The position numbers and the translations under genes are program-made. A stretch of 55,909 nucleotides of DNA from Polyangiaceae bacterium (GTDB taxonomy: Bacteria; Myxococcota_A; Polyangia; Polyangiales; Polyangiaceae): positions 1 through 55,909 of the forward strand of contig JBGANF010000044.1 of the NCBI GenBank assembly GCA_044222475.1, read 5' to 3'. A model generated the notes under the pieces. The model was not told the DNA's origin and did no database searches. It saw nothing but the letters and a program-made list of their open reading frames with translations. Positions 28,243 through 37,502 of the stretch are shown here, piece after piece. The stretch's first letter is position 1. Every line of letters starts with the position of its first letter.

Positions 28243-29031
28243 ATGCAAGCTCGTTTTCGGGTGCTGGGTGGCTTCATCGCCGCCATCAGCTTCACGTTCG
28301 TGACTCTCTCGCTGGCCAAGCCTCCCGCGGGCGGCGCTCCCAAGCCCAAGCCGAGCGCGACCGTGGTCGACGCCGGGACCGCACCGCCGGCGATGGTGCC
28401 CGACGAAGCGGGGCCGAACACGCCACCGCCGGTGGTCGACGCAGCCGCCGCGCCGTCGAGCTCGGGCGCCGTTCCGCCGCCCCAGATGGTCCCCGGGGTC
28501 GACGGCGGAGTCCGGATGTCTCCGCTCAACCCCGCACCGAACGAGTGGCCCGGCCCGCTCGCGGACGCGGGCACCTACGACTACGACAAGCTCCTCGGTG
28601 ACATCGCCGCGCTGCGCGCCCGCGTCGCCGCCGTAGGCGACAACTTGTTCCACGCGCGGATCGCGATCAGCGTCCGCACCGACGAGAGCCACGGCAAGCT
28701 CGGCCGCCTCGTGATCTCGCTCGACGACGGCGCGGTCTACACCGCCCCGCCGGGCTTCAAGGCCGACGACATGACGCAGATCTACGCTCACGCCGTCGCG
28801 GCGGGTCGCCACTCGATCACGGTCGACGTCGACCGCAAGGACGACCGCAACGACGCGTTCAAGAGCACGCAGCGCTCGCGCTTCATGGTCGAGGTCCCGA
28901 AGGATCAGGAGCTCACCGTCCAGTTCAAGGTCATCGACGACTCGGACATGGGCAACTGGGGCACCGACAGCAGCGGCGGGTACGACCTCCGCGTGCGCAT
29001 GAAGGCCGAAGCGAAGGTCATCAAGAAGTGA
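28243..29031 (+). CDS. Secreted hypothetical protein (Pro-rich linker, short coiled segment, beta-sandwich) in the Glt-like cluster
   Basis: Signal peptide; SLDDGAVY..GRHSITV; stop overlaps the next start. Confidence 0.65.
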   Translation: MQARFRVLGGFIAAISFTFVTLSLAKPPAGGAPKPKPSATVVDAGTAPPAMVPDEAGPNTPPPVVDAAAAPSSSGAVPPPQMVPGVDGGVRMSPLNPAPNEWPGPLADAGTYDYDKLLGDIAALRARVAAVGDNLFHARIAISVRTDESHGKLGRLVISLDDGAVYTAPPGFKADDMTQIYAHAVAAGRHSITVDVDRKDDRNDAFKSTQRSRFMVEVPKDQELTVQFKVIDDSDMGNWGTDSSGGYDLRVRMKAEAKVIKK

Positions 29032-31049
29032 TGCGCCGAATCCTTTTTCCAGCGGCGATTCTCGTCGCAGTGTTTGCCGCGTCGCCGGTCATTGCGCAGG
29101 GGACTCCGCCCGTGCCTCCGACGACGGGAGCGGGAGCGGGAGCGGGAGCGGGTACGGGAAACAGCACGACCGATCCCAACGATCGATCGGCGGGGATCAA
29201 GGGCTACCACGACGCGCTCGCGGCTCGGAAGCTCGGGTCCACGCTGTCGATGAAGTCGACCGACGTCGACGAGCGCGTCGCCGAGGCCGAAGACTTGCTG
29301 CGCGTCGGCCGCGTCGACGAAGCGATCGCGCGCCTCGTCGAGATGGTCGAGAGCCCCGCGTTCAAGCCGTTCGAAAACGACGAGAACGGTCGCGCCGCGA
29401 CCTACACCCTCGGAGACGCGCTCGCGACCGCTGGCGCCTACGAGCCGGCGCGCGCGTACCTTCGGCGCCTCCTCGTGGCGAAGGGCGCGTGGGACGGCAT
29501 CGCGACGTACGCGCGCCGCGCGACGAAGCGCCTCGTGGACGTCGCGCTCGAGAGCGAACGCTTCGAGGGTGGCCTCGAAGACGTGAAGCTCGTCCCGTCC
29601 ACCGCTCCGGACGAGACCAAGGGCGAGGTCGACTACATGACCGGCCGCGCGCTCGAGCACAAAGACGACTTCGACGGCGCGATCGCCGCCTACCAGCGCG
29701 TGACGCAGCGCTCGCGATTCTGGGCTCAGGCGACGTACCTCACCGGTCTCCTCTACGTCGAGAAGGGCAAGTTCAAGGAAGGCGAGGACATGTTCTGTCG
29801 CATCGCCGATCCCAAGAAGACCCAGTCGACGACGCCGGTCTTCGGCGACGATCGCTTCTTCAAGGTGCGCGACCTCGCGCGCCTCGGCCTCGGTCGCATC
29901 GCGCACGAGCAGTTCCGCTTCGACGACTCGCGCTACTACTACTACCTCGTGCCGCGCGACTCCGATCGCCTCGCCGAGGCGCTCTACGAAGCGGCGACGA
30001 GCCGCTACGAGAAGAAAGACTACGACGGCGCGCGCGAGCTCCTCGACGAGCTCAAGGGCCTCGGCATCCACCACCGCTACGAAGACGAAGCGTGGATCCT
30101 CGACGCCTACGTCGACCTCGCGCAGTGCAAGTTCAAGGACGCCGACGAGAAGCTCCTCAAGTTCGTCGCCCTGTACGAGCCGGTGCGCGATCAAGCGCGC
30201 AAGGTCGCGACCGACGAGCGCGCCCTGGCTGCGCTCCTCGCTGCCGCTCGCACCGGAAGCGACGCTGGCGGCACCGAAGCCGGCGCGTCGACCAACCCCG
30301 ACGCGCTCCGCGCGATCGCCGCGCTCGTCCGCATCGACCCGGCGTACGGATCGATCGTGCGCCGCCGCGCGACCCTCGAGCACGAGGCGAGCGGCCTCCG
30401 ATTGACGATCGGCGCGCTCGGTGACGTGCAGCGCGATCTCGCGACCAACGGCGGGGTCCGCCCCGCCATCGACGACAAGCCCCGGATCGAAGAGCAGAAC
30501 GCGGAAGCGCGCGCCGCGGTCGACGGCGTGCGGCACGCCATCAGCGATCTGGAAGCGCTCGGCGCCGGAGCCGGCCAGCTCCAACCGTTGAAGGACGAGC
30601 TCGCGACCCTCGAGGCTCGGCTGCGCGGCGCCCCCGCCACGACCGCCGCCGCCACCGCCGGCGCCGACGGCGCCGAGCCCGAAGGCAAGGACCTCCCCGA
30701 TCTGCTTCGCGCCGACTCGAAGAAGGCGTCGGGCTTCGGCACCTCGATCGACGAAGCGCGCCGCGTCCTCGAGGCGAACGAGACCGTGCTCGCGAAGGAC
30801 GCGATCCACCGCGTCGATTTGCGACTCTCCCGCCTGCTCCGGCGCGCGCGCCTGGGCCGGATCGAGTCGGTCCTCGGCCGCAAGCGCGCGCTCGAGGTCG
30901 AGATCGAGGCGATCAACAACGGCTACTTGCCCCAAGACGCGCTCGACTCGCTCGACGCCGCGCGCTACCTCAAAGACTCGGAAGAGTATTGGCCGTTCGA
31001 AGGCGACGACTGGCCCGACGAGTTCGTCGGTAGTGAGGGCCTGAAATGA
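29031..31049 (+). CDS. TPR protein, GltC/NfsC-like
   Basis: Signal peptide; DLARLGLGR..YY..VPR.S..EALYE; C-terminal EEYWPFEGDDWPDE matches the GltC-type tail; alternative start GTG at 29028. Confidence 0.75.
   Translation: MRRILFPAAILVAVFAASPVIAQGTPPVPPTTGAGAGAGAGTGNSTTDPNDRSAGIKGYHDALAARKLGSTLSMKSTDVDERVAEAEDLLRVGRVDEAIARLVEMVESPAFKPFENDENGRAATYTLGDALATAGAYEPARAYLRRLLVAKGAWDGIATYARRATKRLVDVALESERFEGGLEDVKLVPSTAPDETKGEVDYMTGRALEHKDDFDGAIAAYQRVTQRSRFWAQATYLTGLLYVEKGKFKEGEDMFCRIADPKKTQSTTPVFGDDRFFKVRDLARLGLGRIAHEQFRFDDSRYYYYLVPRDSDRLAEALYEAATSRYEKKDYDGARELLDELKGLGIHHRYEDEAWILDAYVDLAQCKFKDADEKLLKFVALYEPVRDQARKVATDERALAALLAAARTGSDAGGTEAGASTNPDALRAIAALVRIDPAYGSIVRRRATLEHEASGLRLTIGALGDVQRDLATNGGVRPAIDDKPRIEEQNAEARAAVDGVRHAISDLEALGAGAGQLQPLKDELATLEARLRGAPATTAAATAGADGAEPEGKDLPDLLRADSKKASGFGTSIDEARRVLEANETVLAKDAIHRVDLRLSRLLRRARLGRIESVLGRKRALEVEIEAINNGYLPQDALDSLDAARYLKDSEEYWPFEGDDWPDEFVGSEGLK
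29125..29152. repeat. In-frame hexanucleotide tandem repeat (CGGGAG)x4
   Basis: Encodes a GAGAGAGAG linker in the GltC-like protein. Confidence 0.8.
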
Positions 31050-34000
31050 AGTTGAACCGCATCGCCACCGTAGCGACCTTCGCCCTCGTCCTCGCCGTCG
31101 GGCCGTCCGTCCTCGCCGCCCCGGCCGACAAGAAGCCCGCCGGCGCGACCGACACGCCGACAGCCGCCGGCGAGACGTCGCAGATCAAGCCCGCGCAGGA
31201 GCTGTCGCTGCCGCCGCCTCCCAGCAAGACGGGCCAGAAGGGCGGCACGGGTCAGCAGCAGCAGTCCGATCGACCCGGCACGCCGTCGATCAAGGGCCCG
31301 CAGATCCCGGAAGAGCTCCGGAAGCAGCTGAAGGCTCAGCTCGACGCGCGCGTAGAGAAAGACATCGTCGAGATCCGAAAGCTCCGCAACGAGGCGATCG
31401 GACTCCTCACCACGTTCGTCGCAGAGACCCCGCGCGACTCGCCCGATCTCCCGGAGGCGCTGATGCGCCTCGGCGAGCTTCGGTGGGAAGCGGAGCGCGA
31501 AGGCTTCGTCGAGCGCTTCAAGGACTGGGAGAAGAAACCCGCCGACACGCGTGGTCCCCCGCCCGAGCTCGCGTACAACGTCGCGCGCGATCTCTTCGCG
31601 CGAGTCCTCAAGGACTACCCGTGGTTCCCGCAGTACGACCTCGCGCTCTACGTCGACGGCTTCCTCGCGACCGAGCAGGGCAAGTCGGAAGAAGCGCTCG
31701 AGCGCTTCACCCGCATCCTCAAGGAGTTCCCGAACTCGCGCTTCGTGCCCGACGCGCACATGGCCCGCGCCGAGACGTACTTCCAGAAGCCCGACTACCC
31801 CGCCGCCCTCGTCGAGTACGACGAGGTGCTCAAGTATCCCAAGTCGGATCTCCGCGGTCTCGCCCTCTTCAAGAGCGCGTGGTGCCACTGGCGCCTCGGC
31901 AACACCGACGAAGCGACGAAGCGCTTCGTCGAGGTCTTCAAAGAGACCGACACGAGCGGCAAGAACGTCAACACGACGCAGCAGAAGCAGCTCGACGAGC
32001 TCCAGGGCGAAGCGCTGAAGTACCTCGTCGAGGTCTTCACCGAAGACGACAAGAACACCGCGCAGGACATGTACAACTTCCTCACCAAGATCGGTGGGGA
32101 CAAGTTCGCCGGGAAGATCGTGCGCGCCCTCGCGGAGACGTACTTCGATCAGGCGCACTACGAGCGCGGCATCGAAGCGTACGAGCTCCTGTTGAAGCTG
32201 GAGCCCACTGCGCGCGAAGCGGGCGAGTGGGTCCTCAAGATCGCCGAGGGCTACAACCAGGTCGAAGACTGGCCGAAGCTCCGCGCCACGTACGAGCGCT
32301 TGCTCAGCGGCTACACCGAAGGCGGCTCGTGGACGCGCACCCAGGCCGATCCGGCGAACGTCGCCGCGACGCGCGCGAAGATCGAGGTGCAGCTGCGCGA
32401 GCAGGCGATGCAGCTCCACGCGAAGGCCCAAAAAGACAAGTCGAGCAAGGTCGAGTTCGACGGCGCCGCCGGCCTCTACGACGTGTACCTGACGAAGTTC
32501 AGCAAAGAGCCGAAGGCGTACATCATCGAGTACTACCTCGCCGAGATCGACTTCTGGCACCTCGAGAAGAACACCGACGCAGCGACGCACTACATGAACG
32601 CCGCGCGCGGCATCCCCGAGGCCGAGGCTCAGAAGGAGCCGCTGAAGACGCAGCGCCACGACATGCTGTTCAACGCGATCGCCGCGCTCGAGCGCGTCCG
32701 CATCGCCGAGCTCGAAGCGCGCAAGAGCGGCAAACAAGTCGCCAGCGAGACCGAGACCGACAAGAAGTTCGCCGAGGCGCTCGACCTCTACGCGACGCTC
32801 TACCCGAACGATCCCGCGCTGCCCGAGCTGCTCTTCCGCAACGGCAAGCTCTACTACGACTACGGCGTCTACGATCCCGCGGTGAAGCTGTGGGGCACGC
32901 TGCTCGAGAAGTTTCCGACGAGCAAGTTCGCGCAGGGCGCAGGCGAGCTCATCCTCGACAGCTTCAACAAGTCGAAGAACTACGAGAACATCGAGCTCTG
33001 GGCGCGCCGCTTGAAGACGGCTCCCGGCTTCCAGGACGCGAAGATGCAGGCCAAGCTCGACGGCCTCATCATCCAGGCGGTATTCGCGCAGGGCGAGCAA
33101 AAGGCGAAGGCGAACGATCACGCCGGCGCCGCGACCGCGTACCTACGCGCCGCGAAGGAGTTCCCGAAAGAGCCGCGCGCCGCGCAGGCGTGCATCAACG
33201 CGGAGATCGAAGCGAAGGCTGCGGCCGACGTGTCGACGCTGAAGGAAGCGGCCGCGCTCGTGACCGGCAAGGACTACCGCGACCGTCCCGAGGCACCGCT
33301 CGGCGCGTGGACCGCGGCGACCACGCTCCAGGCGATGGGTCTCTTCAACGACTCGGCCGAGTTCCACGAGGCGATCGCGCAGCTCATCTCGCCCGATCAC
33401 CCGAACTTCCAGAAGTTCGAGCACGCGAAGGACGCCGCGTACAACGCCGTCATCCTGCGCGCCGCCATCGGCGACGCGGACAAGGCCGTCATCGACGGCA
33501 ACCGGTACCTCCAGCTCTACGGGTCGAGCCCCGAAGCGGACGAGGTCGTCTTCCAGATGGCGAAGGCGCACCAGAACGCGGGTCGCAACAAGGACGCCGT
33601 CGACGTCTACAAGAAGTACCTCGCGCGCGGATCCAAGAACATGGATCACCGCGTGCAGGGCTTCTTGCTCCTCGCGAAGGCGCAGCAGAAGAGCGGCGAC
33701 GATCGCGGCGCGGCGGAGTCGCTGCGCACCGCGGCGACCGTCGGCAAGCAACTCAAGGCGACGCTCGGGCCGGACGGGAAGTTCGCGGCGGCGCAAGCGC
33801 GCTACATGGAAGGCGAAGCGATCCTCGCCAAGTTCGAGGCGGTGAAGATCGAGGGCGACGTGAAGCAGCTCTCGGCCCGCTTGAAGCAGAAGGCCGGCCT
33901 GCTCAAGGACGCGGCGACCGTCTTCCTCGACGTCGTGAGCTACGGCGTCGCCGAGTGGACGACGGCCGCGCTCTACAAGGTGGGCTACACGTACGAGACG

Positions 34001-34390
34001 TTCGGAAAGTCGCTGCGCGACTCGCCGCCGCCGGCCGAGGTCAAGACCGAGGACGACAAGGCCGAGTACATGTCGCAGATCGAAGGCTTCGCCGTTCCGA
34101 TCGAGGAGAAGAGCCTCGACGCGTACGAGAACGGTTGGAAGAAGGCGATCGACCTCGGCATCTACAACCAGTGGACCGCGAAGATGCGTGATGCGCTGGG
34201 TCGGTTGAACTCGGAGATTTATCCGGCCTTCAAGGAGATCGGGTTCGACATCCGAGGCGAGGGACCGTCGCCGCTGCCGCCGCTGCTCGATGCGCCGAGG
34301 CGCGGGCCGGATGCGGCGAAGAGCAACAACGAGGGAGCGCCCGCCGTGGTGCAACCGCCGCCGACGCCGAAGACGCCGCCGAAGAAGTAG
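31046..34390 (+). CDS. Large periplasmic TPR protein, GltD(AgmU)/NfsD-like
   Basis: 1114 aa, signal peptide, many TPRs (FPNSRFVPDAH, ALFKSAWC); C-terminal W..AALY..G..Y..F...PPP..Y...P+EEK...Y..W signature. Confidence 0.8.
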   Translation: MKLNRIATVATFALVLAVGPSVLAAPADKKPAGATDTPTAAGETSQIKPAQELSLPPPPSKTGQKGGTGQQQQSDRPGTPSIKGPQIPEELRKQLKAQLDARVEKDIVEIRKLRNEAIGLLTTFVAETPRDSPDLPEALMRLGELRWEAEREGFVERFKDWEKKPADTRGPPPELAYNVARDLFARVLKDYPWFPQYDLALYVDGFLATEQGKSEEALERFTRILKEFPNSRFVPDAHMARAETYFQKPDYPAALVEYDEVLKYPKSDLRGLALFKSAWCHWRLGNTDEATKRFVEVFKETDTSGKNVNTTQQKQLDELQGEALKYLVEVFTEDDKNTAQDMYNFLTKIGGDKFAGKIVRALAETYFDQAHYERGIEAYELLLKLEPTAREAGEWVLKIAEGYNQVEDWPKLRATYERLLSGYTEGGSWTRTQADPANVAATRAKIEVQLREQAMQLHAKAQKDKSSKVEFDGAAGLYDVYLTKFSKEPKAYIIEYYLAEIDFWHLEKNTDAATHYMNAARGIPEAEAQKEPLKTQRHDMLFNAIAALERVRIAELEARKSGKQVASETETDKKFAEALDLYATLYPNDPALPELLFRNGKLYYDYGVYDPAVKLWGTLLEKFPTSKFAQGAGELILDSFNKSKNYENIELWARRLKTAPGFQDAKMQAKLDGLIIQAVFAQGEQKAKANDHAGAATAYLRAAKEFPKEPRAAQACINAEIEAKAAADVSTLKEAAALVTGKDYRDRPEAPLGAWTAATTLQAMGLFNDSAEFHEAIAQLISPDHPNFQKFEHAKDAAYNAVILRAAIGDADKAVIDGNRYLQLYGSSPEADEVVFQMAKAHQNAGRNKDAVDVYKKYLARGSKNMDHRVQGFLLLAKAQQKSGDDRGAAESLRTAATVGKQLKATLGPDGKFAAAQARYMEGEAILAKFEAVKIEGDVKQLSARLKQKAGLLKDAATVFLDVVSYGVAEWTTAALYKVGYTYETFGKSLRDSPPPAEVKTEDDKAEYMSQIEGFAVPIEEKSLDAYENGWKKAIDLGIYNQWTAKMRDALGRLNSEIYPAFKEIGFDIRGEGPSPLPPLLDAPRRGPDAAKSNNEGAPAVVQPPPTPKTPPKK

Positions 34391-34396
34391 AGCGGG

Positions 34397-34981
34397 CTAC
34401 CACTCGCACCACAGTTCCGCGCTCGTCGCGGTCTTCCGGCGAATGCGCACCCTCCCCTCGACCTTCGCGTACGCGAGCACTCCCTCGAAGACCCCCACGT
34501 TGTGCGAGTCGAGGAAGTTGTAGATCTCGTTCATCCGCACCACCGCCGCATGCTCGCCTCGTGGCTCGACCGCGAGCGATCCCGGACGCATGTGGAGCAT
34601 GTACGAGCGCGCCATCGCTTCGAGGATCGCGTGTGGCCCGTCGACCGACCCGAGCACGACGCGCCCCACCGTCGACTTCATGAGCACGTACGGCGCTCCT
34701 CGACCGAGACGCCGCAAGCTCTCGCGCATCGGCACCTTCGGATGGATGGCTCGCGCGACCTCGACGAGGATCTGACAGTGCTCGACGAGCGGATACGTGT
34801 GGAACGGCGTGTACCGCGCTCGGGCCGACGGCGGCGCATGTCCCTTGTCGCGCCCGAGCTTTGCCACCGCGTCGAGGAACATCCCCGTCATCGTCGCGGT
34901 GGGCGGAATCGCGCGCAGCACAGCTGCTTCGTCGAGCGGTGCACGCCAGTCGGGCTCCTGCCAGGACGTCTCGTCCGCCAT
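34397..34981 (-). CDS. DUF2378/TIGR02265 family protein
   Basis: IPPTATMTGMFL, RY.PF..YP, LRRLGR, STVGRV, GVFEGVL. Confidence 0.8.
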   Translation of the reverse strand: MADETSWQEPDWRAPLDEAAVLRAIPPTATMTGMFLDAVAKLGRDKGHAPPSARARYTPFHTYPLVEHCQILVEVARAIHPKVPMRESLRRLGRGAPYVLMKSTVGRVVLGSVDGPHAILEAMARSYMLHMRPGSLAVEPRGEHAAVVRMNEIYNFLDSHNVGVFEGVLAYAKVEGRVRIRRKTATSAELWCEW

Positions 34982-35025
34982 GATCGGTCGCTAGGTTAGC
35001 GTCCCTGGCATAGGATGGCGAAGCC

Positions 35026-35550
35026 ATGGCCGACTTGATTCTCTGTCCGGGCTGCGGTGCACCCGTTCCGCCGAACGCGCCGACGGTGTTCACCTGCACC
35101 TTCTGCAAGAGCACCGTCGATCTGCGAGGGCATGCCGGCCCGGCGGTACCCGCGGCTGCCCCCGCGCATCCCCTCGGTCCGGGTCCGAGTACCGACGAGG
35201 TCAAGCGCTTCATCCCGCTCTTCGAGGAGGCGCGCAAAACGGACCCGGTGGGACCGGCCGTCGAGCGCGCGCTCCACGCGGCGACGAACGGACGCATGGA
35301 AGTGCGTGGCCCGACCCACGCGATCTGCGCGCTCGCCTACGGCTTCAAGCAGACCAGCGGCATCGACGTCACGTCCGACGGGACCGCGATGAGTCGCCTC
35401 GTCCACGGCTACTTCCTTGCCAAGATCGAGCTGCTCTCGGTGCAGGAAACGAACATCAATCTCCCCTTCCTCGCTGCGAACGAGAAGGGCCCCGCGCACT
35501 TCGAGACGCGGCTCCAAAAGGCCGACATCCCGCGCCTCGAAGCGCACTGA
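35026..35550 (+). CDS. Zn-ribbon protein fused to an isolated DnaK/Hsp70 subdomain IIB
   Basis: CPGCG...CTFC; C-terminal FKQTSGIDVTSDGTAMSRL..AKIELLS..ETNINLPFL..KGPAH aligns with the DnaK encoded in this window. Confidence 0.75.
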   Translation: MADLILCPGCGAPVPPNAPTVFTCTFCKSTVDLRGHAGPAVPAAAPAHPLGPGPSTDEVKRFIPLFEEARKTDPVGPAVERALHAATNGRMEVRGPTHAICALAYGFKQTSGIDVTSDGTAMSRLVHGYFLAKIELLSVQETNINLPFLAANEKGPAHFETRLQKADIPRLEAH

Positions 35551-35562
35551 CTCGCTCGTTCC

Positions 35563-36141
35563 CTACTGGACGGTGACGTTCGTCGCCGAGAACGACTCGC
35601 TCGCCGGGCACCAGACGGGGGCGTTCGCGAACACCAGCGTCGCGCTCACGCTCTGGATCGTCTGGGGGATCGGGTTCGCGGTGAACGAAATCGTACCAGA
35701 TTGGGACGATGCGTCGAAGCTGTTGCTGATCGGCCCTAGGTACGCCGGGTTGCACGCCGCCGCCGGTTGGACCGCGCGCGCGAATTCGAAGCCCCACTTG
35801 CTCGGGAGCGTCAGCCCACCGGTCTGCGAGCCGGGGCTCACGAGCTGGATGTAGAAGCACGTGCTTCCGACCGTCTTCGCGATGCGGACGCGATCGAGGC
35901 CGCCGATGATCCCATACGCGGCGTACGTGCCCGGGCCTGCGTCGACGGTGGTCGCGTCGCCTCCGGTGATGACGTCGCTCGGGGAGTCGACGGCAACGTC
36001 TTTCCCTGCGTCGACCCCCACGTCGATGGATCCATCGGCGCCGGCCTCGGTCGGGACCGTGTCGGGCACGGTGCTGCCACAGCCCGAGAGCACGACGGCG
36101 AGTGCGACGAGAGCCCAACGCATGGGGGAACTATGACTCAT
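35563..36141 (-). CDS. Cys-containing lipoprotein, hypothetical
   Basis: Lipobox LSGC; DAG-rich linker; ATGA overlap with the upstream gene; alternative start at 36123. Confidence 0.7.
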   Translation of the reverse strand: MSHSSPMRWALVALAVVLSGCGSTVPDTVPTEAGADGSIDVGVDAGKDVAVDSPSDVITGGDATTVDAGPGTYAAYGIIGGLDRVRIAKTVGSTCFYIQLVSPGSQTGGLTLPSKWGFEFARAVQPAAACNPAYLGPISNSFDASSQSGTISFTANPIPQTIQSVSATLVFANAPVWCPASESFSATNVTVQ

Positions 36142-36746
36142 GGTACCGGAAGGACCACTCGACCGTCGGGCTCGACGAGGACCACCGGTCCGCCGAGTTC
36201 CGCGCTCGCTCGGAACGCCCCGAGGACCTTCATGTCGCGCAGCGCGAGCGGTCGCGGGCGATCGTCCGGGCCGCCCTCTTCCCGGCTCCAGGTCACGACC
36301 GCGTACGCCCCCGGTCCCTTCTCGACGACGGCAAGAACGTCGGTCTCGCCGCTGTCGTAGCAGGACACGGCGCCGAGCAATCGAGGGGTCACGCCGCTCA
36401 TCGATGCGGTCGGCGTCGGGTGGAGGCACGCGATCTCGAGATCGGTCGACGCCCAACCGGCCGCTTCGACGCGAACGGTGGTCGTCGAAAGCGGGAGCCG
36501 TCGGCCCGCGTCCTCGTCGGCGTCGAGGTGAAGCTCGGAGATCTTGCGAAACACGATCGCCCCGGCGGGGATCACGGGCGGCGGCACCGCGCTCGCGCTC
36601 GCGCTCGCGGAGGCGACGACCGACGGCGCAACGTCCGCTGGCCGCGCATCGACGGCGGTGACCTGCGAGTCACCGCACGAACGGCCGCAGCCCGCGAGCA
36701 CCACCGCGAAAGCGACGAACCCGTTCGTGATCCCCGACCGCAGCAT
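36138..36746 (-). CDS. Lipoprotein, hypothetical
   Basis: Lipobox LAGC; ASASAS linker. Confidence 0.6.
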   Translation of the reverse strand: MLRSGITNGFVAFAVVLAGCGRSCGDSQVTAVDARPADVAPSVVASASASASAVPPPVIPAGAIVFRKISELHLDADEDAGRRLPLSTTTVRVEAAGWASTDLEIACLHPTPTASMSGVTPRLLGAVSCYDSGETDVLAVVEKGPGAYAVVTWSREEGGPDDRPRPLALRDMKVLGAFRASAELGGPVVLVEPDGRVVLPVP

Positions 36747-36804
36747 TCGCTCCGCGCGAAGTATCACGAACTCGGGTACCGTGTGCGGCCCAGGAGACAC
36801 CTCG

Positions 36805-37449
36805 ATGCGAATGCTCGCCACTGCCGCAATCCTCGTTGCCCTTCTCGGTTGTTCGAAGGACGAACCCACGACGTCGGCCACGCCGAGCGCGACCGCCAGC
36901 GCGGCCGCCACGCCCTCGGTCACGGCGTCGGCCAGCGCCGCGCCGAGCGCCGTCGCGAGCGCCGCGCCCGAGCCTCACCACGACTGTCCCGCCAACTCGA
37001 CCGGCGTCGGCTCTTTGACCGAGCCGTGCGTCGCGAAGGGCGGCGAGCGACTCATGACCGTGAAGTGGACGAAGACCGACGACAAGGGACCGAACTTCTC
37101 GATCAAGAACGTCGGCAAGATCACGATCCTCTACGGCAAGATCGTCGTCTACTTCTACGACAAGGCCGGCAAGCAGCTCGAGATCAAGGACGAGAGCGAG
37201 ACGCCGCCGAAGATGAAGCAGTTCCACGTCTGCTCTGGCAGCTTCTTCCAAGGCGTGATGAAGCCGGGCGAGAGCGCGACGCTCACGTTCTCGTGCGTCC
37301 CCAAGAAGGTCATCCCCGACGGCACCGCGACGATCGAAGCCGAGATGCAGACCGTGGGCTTCGCGGACTCGACCGAGAAGAAGATCGATTTCTACTGGCG
37401 CAACCCCGATCTCTCCCCCGCGGCCCGTCCCAAGGGTGGCGTGAAGTAG
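36805..37449 (+). CDS. Lipoprotein, hypothetical (Ig-like/FxLYD-like beta-sandwich)
   Basis: AGGAG RBS; lipobox LLGC; Ser/Ala/Thr linker; FSIKN.G..VYFYDKAGKQL..KPGESA. Confidence 0.75.
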   Translation: MRMLATAAILVALLGCSKDEPTTSATPSATASAAATPSVTASASAAPSAVASAAPEPHHDCPANSTGVGSLTEPCVAKGGERLMTVKWTKTDDKGPNFSIKNVGKITILYGKIVVYFYDKAGKQLEIKDESETPPKMKQFHVCSGSFFQGVMKPGESATLTFSCVPKKVIPDGTATIEAEMQTVGFADSTEKKIDFYWRNPDLSPAARPKGGVK

Positions 37450-37502
37450 GGGTCGAACCCCAGCTTCCCCTCCCTCCCGGGGGGCGCTAGGATGACGGGT
37501 TC

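Noticed and set aside
29125..29152. (CGGGAG)x4 as a phase-variation tract
   Set aside because: The unit length is a multiple of three inside a linker, so slippage would not switch the frame.
31483..34191. 902-aa Arg-rich ORF overlapping the GltD-like gene, and similar long overlapping ORFs throughout
   Set aside because: Alternate-frame artefacts of high GC3; composition dominated by R/G/A/P with no motifs.
34384..37449. GAAGTAG direct repeat at both ends of the block splitting the Glt-like cluster (possible target-site duplication)
   Set aside because: Only 7 bp, and both copies are simply a Lys codon plus TAG stop; no mobile-element gene or terminal inverted repeats.
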